A stretch of DNA of 64,000 bases from Blastocatellia bacterium (GTDB taxonomy: Bacteria; Acidobacteriota; Blastocatellia; UBA7656): assembly GCA_963728545.1 (NCBI GenBank), contig CAVSKO010000002.1, positions 358,874 through 422,873 on the forward strand, read 5' to 3'. A program made the position numbers and the translations under genes. How positions within the stretch are numbered: the first letter of the stretch is position 1; each line of letters begins with the position of its first letter. This document shows positions 57,860-64,000 of this stretch, piece by piece. The notes under the pieces were generated by a model. The model saw nothing but the letters and a program-made list of their open reading frames with translations. It was not told the DNA's origin and made no database searches.

Positions 57860-58000
57860 CTTTTTTAACCTTTCGTTGGCGGTGGGGAGTAAAAGATAAA
57901 TCCAACTCGCTTATTCCGCAATGAAAATTGAAAAGTTGCTACTGATTGAGCCAGCAGTTACAATCCTCATTTAAGATTCGCAGCTTAAAGGGGCATCTCA

Positions 58001-59248
58001 GTGGTGAAAATCGAGAGAAAGAAAACTGTGGCCGTAAACGTGGGCGGCGTCCTGGCCGGCGGCAACAACCCTATCGTCGTCCAATCGATGACGAACACCG
58101 ACACGGTAGACGTTGAGGCAACCGCGCTACAGGTCGAGCAACTCGCTCGCGCAGGTTCAGAGCTTGTCCGCATCACGGTCAACACTCGCCAGGCCGCAGC
58201 CGCTGTCCCGCACATCGTTGAAAAACTCGGCGAGCGCGGGATTGCAGTACCCATCGTCGGAGACTTTCACTATAACGGCCATATATTGTTAAAACAGTAC
58301 CCGGAAACGGCGCGCGCGCTGGCAAAGTACCGCATCAATCCGGGCAACGTCGGGCCGGGTCAGCACCACGACAAGAATTTTCAATCGATGATCAATGTCG
58401 CGATTGAAAACGATAAGCCCGTTCGCATAGGCGTCAACTGGGGGTCGCTCGACCAGGGGTTGTTGACGCGACTGATGGATGAGAACGCCGCGCGGCCCGA
58501 CCCGAAGGACGCGAAGGAAGTGATGCACGAAGCTATCGTGTTAAGCGCGATTGAATCGGCGGAATTGGCCGAAAGTTGCGGGCTCGATCACGACAAGATT
58601 ATACTGAGCGCGAAAGTTTCAGGCGTGCAGGATTTGATCTCGATCTATCGCGTTCTTTCAGCCCGTTCGGATTACCCGCTTCACCTCGGCCTGACCGAGG
58701 CCGGGATGGGGAGCAAAGGCATAGTCGCGTCTACGGCTGCGCTGGGCGTGCTCTTACAGGAAGGCATAGGCGACACGATTCGCGTCTCACTGACTCCTCG
58801 GCCCGGCGGAGACCGCACCGAAGAGGTCATAGTCGCGCAGCAAATTCTCCAGACCATGGGATTGCGCAGCTTCTCGCCGATGGTTACTGCCTGTCCCGGC
58901 TGCGGGCGGACGACCAGCACGCTGTTTCAAGAGATGGCCGAAGATATTCAAAACTACATACGCGAGCAAATGCCCGAATGGCGCGAGCGGTACAATGGGG
59001 TTGAGGAGTTGAAAGTCGCCGTGATGGGTTGCGTGGTCAACGGGCCGGGGGAATCGAAGCACCAGAACATCGGCATATCGCTTCCGGGAACGGGTGAAGA
59101 GCCGCGCGCTCCCGTTTTCGTGGACGGGAGAATGTTCAAAACGCTTCAAGGGGAATCAATCGTCGCCGATTTTATTCATATCCTCGACGAATATATTGAG
59201 TCGCATTACAAAAGAAAAGATGAACCTGTTGCCGAGCTACAGGTCTGA
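58001..59248 (+). CDS. ispG: 4-hydroxy-3-methylbut-2-enyl diphosphate synthase
   Basis: GcpE family: VQSMTNTDT, [4Fe-4S] cysteines CPGCGRTTS ... GCVVNGPGE; GTG start. Confidence 0.9.
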   Translation: MVKIERKKTVAVNVGGVLAGGNNPIVVQSMTNTDTVDVEATALQVEQLARAGSELVRITVNTRQAAAAVPHIVEKLGERGIAVPIVGDFHYNGHILLKQYPETARALAKYRINPGNVGPGQHHDKNFQSMINVAIENDKPVRIGVNWGSLDQGLLTRLMDENAARPDPKDAKEVMHEAIVLSAIESAELAESCGLDHDKIILSAKVSGVQDLISIYRVLSARSDYPLHLGLTEAGMGSKGIVASTAALGVLLQEGIGDTIRVSLTPRPGGDRTEEVIVAQQILQTMGLRSFSPMVTACPGCGRTTSTLFQEMAEDIQNYIREQMPEWRERYNGVEELKVAVMGCVVNGPGESKHQNIGISLPGTGEEPRAPVFVDGRMFKTLQGESIVADFIHILDEYIESHYKRKDEPVAELQV

Positions 59249-59258
59249 CCGATGGCAC

Positions 59259-61784
59259 TCACCTCTCAGTCTTTTTCTCTTCCGGGTTATGCGCCTTTCT
59301 GATCCGGGTGATCGTGAACATGATGACATTATTGGCGAAGCTAGGCAGGTCGCCCGTCTTGGCCAGCGCCTCAAGTGCAGGAATCGCGCGCTCATCTCCG
59401 AGCAGTCCCAGCGCCTGAATTGCCGCGAACCGGATTTGTAAGGTCGGGTTTTTCAAAGCAGCGACGATCAGCTCGTAAGCTTTTTCATTCCCTTTGCCGA
59501 CCTGTGACAACAACTCTATCAATGTGACGCGCACGGCGGGGGGATTCCCAGGCACGGCGTACTTCAGACCGATCTCTATTGCGCGCGGGTCTTTCAGCGC
59601 GGTAAGCCCCGCTATCGCGCCCGCGCGGACTGTGCCTTGCCACGACTCCTGTTTGACCGTGTCGGCAAGAACATCGAATGCGCTAGACGAGCCGGTCTGG
59701 CCAAGCGCTTTTGCCGATTCGGCGATTGTCAAATAGCTCGGATCGTTTTTTATTGTGCTTATAAAAAGGTCCGCGAGTTTCTCATCCCTGAAAGCGGCAA
59801 GCCCTTTGACCGCTTCCCGGCGAACTCGGGCGTCTTTGTCTTTGACCGCTTCGAGCAACCCCGCGCGAGACGGCCCGGTTCCGAAAGCCGATAACGCTTT
59901 CGTGGCTTCGACCCGCACCCCCCAGAAACCTTCGCGCTTCACGGATTCTGAGAGCGCGAGAGCGGCAGCTTCCGTGCGCTGCGCCTTCAGATCGATGGCC
60001 GCGCGCAGCCGCCCCATCACGTCGCTGTCGTGAAGCAACTGGTAGGCGATCTCTTCGTCGTTCCGCTCGAACCTCACGCGCTTTATGATCTGATTCCCGC
60101 GATCAAAATTGATTATCAGCGGTTTCGAATCAACCGCGAAAGAGAACTCTTTTTCCGCTTTGTCGATCCAGACACGATTTATCTTTTCGCCCGCAGCAGT
60201 CGTTATGGCAATATCTACGGGCATCGTGAAAAACTCGGGTGACTCGTACCAGGTGCGCCTATCATCCTTAGCTTGAGTCTGTTTGACGGTAAGCCTCAGC
60301 GTATGCGCCCCCTCGTCATAACTCGACGCGATCTCGAATTCAGGATGCCCCATCTTGTAAACCCACTCGTCGAAAAACCATTGCAGGTTCTGGCCGGTCG
60401 CTTCCTCAATCGCGATAACGAGGTCTTGAGTCTCAACCGTCCGGTACTGGTTTTTCTTCAAATAATGGTTTAGCGCTTTCCAAAACATCTCGTCGCCAAG
60501 AACGAAGCGCAGCATGTTCAATACCGCTCCCCCGCGCTGGTACGAATAAGCGTCAAAGACCGAATCCGGGTTGGGGTAACGCCTGGTCGAAATCGGGCGA
60601 CGTATCCCGTTCGTCCAGGCCTGGAAGTACGTCTCCTGGTCTGCGTAGATGTCGTAAAGATAATCGTCGCGCCCCCTATCGTGCTCGGTCCATACAGCTT
60701 CCATCACCGTCGCAAAAGATTCGTTCAGCCACAATTCGCCCCAGTCTCGGCAGGTGAGCGTGTTGCCGAACCAGGAATGAGCAAGCTCGTGCGCAACGAT
60801 ATCGTCGGAAGATACGTCGAGCAGCGCGCGCCTATCGTTGACGGCTGTATCGGTCATCGTCGTGGCCGTGATGTTTTCCATCGCGCCGCCGAAGTCGCGC
60901 ACCATCGTCTGGGCGTATTTCGGGTAAGGGTATTCGAACCCGGTCTTTTCGGAAAACAACGCGACCATCTTCGGCAGCTTGTTGAAAGAGACTCGCCCTT
61001 CTTCCACCTGATCGCGGTAGACGTAGGAGATGACGGGCACGTTTTTATACTGGTCTTTCAACTCGACGTATTCGCCTACGATGATCGAGACCAGATAGCT
61101 TGAGAAGGGCCGATCCATCTTCCAGTGCCAGGTCTTTGTCTTTTTCGCAGCGTCCGGTGTGACGTTCACGAGCGAGCCGTTTGAGATGACATTAAATTTG
61201 TCTTCGACCCTGGCAATCAATTCGCTGGTCGCCTTGTCGTTTGGATAGTCATAACACGGGAACCAGTAGTGATTATCTTGAGTCTCTCCCTGCGACCAAA
61301 TCTGGTAAGGCCGTGTCGGGTCGTTTTCGTTGGGCGTGATAAAGGTCAAGCCTTTCTTTGGCGTTGCCGAGTAGTTGATCTTAACGGCGATGTCGCTTCC
61401 CGCCGCGTAGGATTTATCAAGCGAGATAAAGAGTTTCTCATTCCCTTCGTAACGGAACTTCAGCGGCTGGCCCTCGCCGAGCTTAACCGTGTTTATTGTC
61501 ATCTCGCCCGCGTCAAGCTCGATCTCCTTAAAATCGCCTTTGAACGGGCGGAGATTGACCGTAGTTTCGCCGGCGACAGATCTCTTTGCCCAATCGAAAC
61601 TGACTTCGATGCGGTAGTGCCGAACGTCATAATCGTGGCTGCGCGGCCACTGATACGGCGGCGCAACGGGAGCAGGCGCAGGGGCAGGCGCTTGCGATGT
61701 GGCCGGCAGGGCCGAAATCGTAAGAACAAAAGCCAGCACGGCGGCTCGCACAGATTTATACCAATACGAGGAATAGAAACTCAT
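59259..61784 (-). CDS. M1-family zinc aminopeptidase (aminopeptidase N-like) with C-terminal HEAT-repeat region
   Basis: GAMEN-like exopeptidase motif GGAMEN, HELAHSWFGN...E zinc motif; signal peptide; C-terminal ARVRREAVKGLA-type HEAT repeats. Confidence 0.85.
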   Translation of the reverse strand: MSFYSSYWYKSVRAAVLAFVLTISALPATSQAPAPAPAPVAPPYQWPRSHDYDVRHYRIEVSFDWAKRSVAGETTVNLRPFKGDFKEIELDAGEMTINTVKLGEGQPLKFRYEGNEKLFISLDKSYAAGSDIAVKINYSATPKKGLTFITPNENDPTRPYQIWSQGETQDNHYWFPCYDYPNDKATSELIARVEDKFNVISNGSLVNVTPDAAKKTKTWHWKMDRPFSSYLVSIIVGEYVELKDQYKNVPVISYVYRDQVEEGRVSFNKLPKMVALFSEKTGFEYPYPKYAQTMVRDFGGAMENITATTMTDTAVNDRRALLDVSSDDIVAHELAHSWFGNTLTCRDWGELWLNESFATVMEAVWTEHDRGRDDYLYDIYADQETYFQAWTNGIRRPISTRRYPNPDSVFDAYSYQRGGAVLNMLRFVLGDEMFWKALNHYLKKNQYRTVETQDLVIAIEEATGQNLQWFFDEWVYKMGHPEFEIASSYDEGAHTLRLTVKQTQAKDDRRTWYESPEFFTMPVDIAITTAAGEKINRVWIDKAEKEFSFAVDSKPLIINFDRGNQIIKRVRFERNDEEIAYQLLHDSDVMGRLRAAIDLKAQRTEAAALALSESVKREGFWGVRVEATKALSAFGTGPSRAGLLEAVKDKDARVRREAVKGLAAFRDEKLADLFISTIKNDPSYLTIAESAKALGQTGSSSAFDVLADTVKQESWQGTVRAGAIAGLTALKDPRAIEIGLKYAVPGNPPAVRVTLIELLSQVGKGNEKAYELIVAALKNPTLQIRFAAIQALGLLGDERAIPALEALAKTGDLPSFANNVIMFTITRIRKAHNPEEKKTER

Positions 61785-61805
61785 TAAACCTCCAGGACAG
61801 TGCGC

Positions 61806-61868
61806 AGCGGGCAGTTGTTCGTAATTTCAAATTTCAAATCTGAGATTTTCAATGCAACTGCCCGCTGC
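61806..61868 (-). terminator. 14-bp perfect stem-loop (gcagcgggcagttg / caactgcccgctgc) with AT-rich 38-nt loop
   Basis: Read directly; loop contains aaatctgagattt also present in the pilT-downstream element. Confidence 0.4.
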
Positions 61869-61875
61869 CCGTTGT

Positions 61876-62772
61876 CTACTGCTTCTTCATTTCATCGTAC
61901 ACCGTGCCTACGTTTGAGGCGAATCGCTGCGCGTAACCGTTATAGCCGGAGTACTGCTCAAGCTTGACATCTTTTACCGCCTGCTCGCGCGTCATTCCAG
62001 CGTCTACGGCTTTTTTGACGGCGGCTCGCAGGTCTAAAAAGTATTGCTTGAAACTCTTCAGATCCGCAACCGTTCCGACTTCGCCGTGTCCGGGAATTAT
62101 CTGAGATGCAGGGTCTACGCGGGCAATCACCGCGTCGAGGGTTTCGATCCACTCGGCTGTCAGTCCTCCGTGCGCGCCGTCGATGAATGGAATGTTTTTG
62201 TTAACGAACATATCACCCATGTGGACCACTTTGTCTTGCGGAAAGTAGATGATCGAGTCGCCGTCCGTGTGGCCGCGCTTGACGTGGAAGGCCTGAATCT
62301 CTTTGCCGCCGAGGTAGATTCTGATCTCTCGGTCGAACGTCAGGTTAGGCGCGTGGACTTCGGATGCCTGTACCGACTTGGCATCCATAAGCATGTTCTT
62401 GCGGACGTTATCATGAGCGACAATCGTCGTCATCTTTAGGAAGAAAGCGTTGCCGCCCGTGTGGTCGAAGTGGTGATGGGTGTTTATCAAAAAGCGTATC
62501 GGCTGTGTGGTCACGGACTTTATCTGCTCGGCTATGCCGGGAGCCAGGTCGGCAAATTGATCGTCTATGACGACAACCCCTTCGCTTGTGACTACGAAGC
62601 CGATGTTGCCGCCCCGGCCAAACAGGGCGTAGACCTCGCCGGTCAATTTTTGCAACTTGAATGGCCCCTTATCCTGCGGCTTGCTGCCGTCGTGCGCCTG
62701 AATCGGATTGGAGATCAAAAGCAGGCTGAGGACTGCTAGAATGGCGACCAGTCTTTTCATCTTCTCCTCCAC
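61876..62772 (-). CDS. secreted MBL-fold metallo-hydrolase (beta-lactamase superfamily)
   Basis: Signal peptide; HxHxDH motif THHHFDHTGGN; additional His/Asp ligands. Confidence 0.7.
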   Translation of the reverse strand: MEEKMKRLVAILAVLSLLLISNPIQAHDGSKPQDKGPFKLQKLTGEVYALFGRGGNIGFVVTSEGVVVIDDQFADLAPGIAEQIKSVTTQPIRFLINTHHHFDHTGGNAFFLKMTTIVAHDNVRKNMLMDAKSVQASEVHAPNLTFDREIRIYLGGKEIQAFHVKRGHTDGDSIIYFPQDKVVHMGDMFVNKNIPFIDGAHGGLTAEWIETLDAVIARVDPASQIIPGHGEVGTVADLKSFKQYFLDLRAAVKKAVDAGMTREQAVKDVKLEQYSGYNGYAQRFASNVGTVYDEMKKQ

Positions 62773-62852
62773 TTATCTGTTTATTCTGTATTTTGTTTGA
62801 GCTTGAGCGAGCCGGATCAAAAGCAAAGTAAAGAGAGGTTGCATCTGACGCT

Positions 62853-62896
62853 ACGACGAGGCGAAGCCGCGCCGCTCGGGCCGGTTTCGCCTCGTC
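62853..62896 (-). terminator. stem-loop after DUF2911-like gene (cgacgaggcgaa / ttcgcctcgtcg)
   Basis: 12-bp perfect stem. Confidence 0.45.
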
Positions 62897-62930
62897 GTCG
62901 TCATTGATGTTACGTACGCAGACCGTCCGA

Positions 62931-63485
62931 TCAGGGCTTCTTCTCGGCGGGCTTTTCAGCAGCGTGGTCATGCGGGGCAAGGTAGGGGACCTTGACCTCT
63001 GCCCAGGCGCGCAGCTTCCCGTATCGCGCTTCGTAGGTGAAAGAGTCCGCCCCGTTTTCGGGCCTGATGTCCAGGCTCAAAAAGTTGACGCTCGGCCCGT
63101 CCATCGAAACCTGGAGCGGGGCAATAATATCTTTCCCCCCGCTTCCGAGCACCATCTTGTAGTTGTCATTAGCGTCGAAGTTGAAGCCAAGCGAGTAGGA
63201 GCCTTTCGGAACCGGCACCCCGCCGATGACAACGTCAAAGTCTGTTTCGAACTTGCCGATGTTTTTCCAGACGCGGTTGAACGTCGTCATCGCGCGCTCG
63301 GTCTTGCGGGCATTAAAGGATGCCTCGTTGTAGTGGAGCGATTTAAAGCTCAGCGTGAGCTTGCCCGCCCCCTCTATCAACATCGTGTGGGAAAAATCCT
63401 TTGCTGTCGTTCGCGGGTCGTGAGCGAAAACAGTGAGAGCCGCTGCCAGCACAAATGTCAGCGACAGAAAGAGTCGTTTCTTCAT
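62931..63485 (-). CDS. secreted DUF2911-like protein
   Basis: Signal peptide MKKRLFLSLTFVLAAALTVFA; beta-rich 184-aa protein of a family common in Acidobacteria/Bacteroidetes. Confidence 0.45.
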   Translation of the reverse strand: MKKRLFLSLTFVLAAALTVFAHDPRTTAKDFSHTMLIEGAGKLTLSFKSLHYNEASFNARKTERAMTTFNRVWKNIGKFETDFDVVIGGVPVPKGSYSLGFNFDANDNYKMVLGSGGKDIIAPLQVSMDGPSVNFLSLDIRPENGADSFTYEARYGKLRAWAEVKVPYLAPHDHAAEKPAEKKP

Positions 63486-63682
63486 TGTAATTATCCTCCG
63501 GCTAAATCTGAATGAAAGTTTGCGGCGAAGCGACGATTATATATACTAGTCGCGGGCGTGACAACGCGCGGGAGATGGTGTTGACTTGAATCGTTTTCGT
63601 AACCTACTATTGAACCTGGCAACGAGCGGTCTGCGTCGCGCTCTCCCTTATAATTGATTGGCCTGAATGTGAGGATAATGTT

Positions 63683-64000
63683 ATGGGAAATCTGGGGTGG
63701 ACGGAAATCCTGGTCATACTCGTGATAGCTCTAATAGTGTTTGGCCCGCGAAAACTGCCCGAACTGGGCAAGAGCCTGGGCCAGAGCCTTGCTCAATTCC
63801 GCAAGGCCAGCGACGATTTCAAGCGAACCTGGGAGCAGGAAGTCGAGATCGAAAAACAACGCTTTGAAGCGCCTCCCCAGATTCCTGCACAGGTGACGGG
63901 CGACAACTACCCGACCGTGTCGCAATCGGATTCGTACTGGCCCGTCGACACCGTGGAAGAGACTTCGCCCGCCACGGATGAAACGGTCGCGACCGTTCAA
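63683..64000 (+). CDS. tatA: twin-arginine translocase subunit TatA/E (3' end beyond window)
   Basis: MGNLGWTEILVILVIALIVFGPRKLPELGKSLGQSLAQFRKA: TM helix + FGxxKLPxxG hinge + amphipathic helix; not in ORF track because no stop within window. Confidence 0.8.
   Translation, partial: MGNLGWTEILVILVIALIVFGPRKLPELGKSLGQSLAQFRKASDDFKRTWEQEVEIEKQRFEAPPQIPAQVTGDNYPTVSQSDSYWPVDTVEETSPATDETVATVQ

Noticed and set aside
61876-62772. Idea that the secreted MBL-fold hydrolase is a beta-lactamase controlled by the BlaI/BlaR1-like pair
   Set aside because: The genes are ~50 kb apart with many unrelated operons between them. The BlaR1-like protein lacks a penicillin-binding sensor, and HxHxDH alone does not distinguish B3 lactamases from other MBL-fold hydrolases.
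1-64000. CRISPR arrays, rRNA/tRNA genes, transposases/integrases
   Set aside because: No regularly spaced direct repeats with unique spacers, no rRNA/tRNA-like sequences, and no IS-type transposase or integrase ORFs were found. The only repeat families are the palindromic intergenic elements described above.

Overview
GC-rich bacterial chromosomal segment whose gene content looks Acidobacteria-like: MacB/FtsX-type 'ADOP' permeases, HEAT-repeat proteins, and DUF4097, CBM9/DUF5916, DUF3108 and DUF2911-type secreted proteins. Main blocks: (1) 0-4.4 kb: UDP-sugar epimerase, HDAC-family protein, frameshifted prolyl oligopeptidase. (2) 4.4-13.8 kb, minus strand: ABC ATPase + MacB-like permease, terminator, BlaI-family repressor, BlaR1-like M56 transducer with HEAT repeats in place of the penicillin-binding sensor, secreted HEAT-repeat protein, second (frameshifted) MacB-like permease. 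(3) 14.2-19.9 kb: ECF sigma / anti-sigma / three DUF4097 proteins. (4) 20.2-25.4 kb: tandem CBM9/DUF5916 paralogs. (5) 25.6-26.6 kb: two-PDZ protein (frameshifted). (6) 27.2-38 kb: type IV pilus cluster pilB-pilT-pilC-pilS-pilR plus four pilin genes, two of them near-identical tandem copies, three with clear sigma-54 promoters, followed by a TMTC/PMT-like GT-C glycosyltransferase with TPR repeats. (7) 40-64 kb: envelope and housekeeping genes (GT9 heptosyltransferase, dxr, rseP, two subtilases, PDZ-7TM-GAF-PP2C sensor phosphatase, M24 and M1 peptidases, ispG, secreted MBL hydrolase, partial tatA). Non-genic structure: a ~100-bp palindromic intergenic repeat family (3 clear copies + 1 degenerate), long AT-rich hairpins after each of pilB/pilT/pilC, many stem-loop terminators, two palindromic candidate BlaI operators, and four apparent single-nucleotide frameshifts. 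No rRNA, tRNA, CRISPR array or transposase recognised. Coordinates of non-ORF features were counted by eye and may be off by 1-2 nt.
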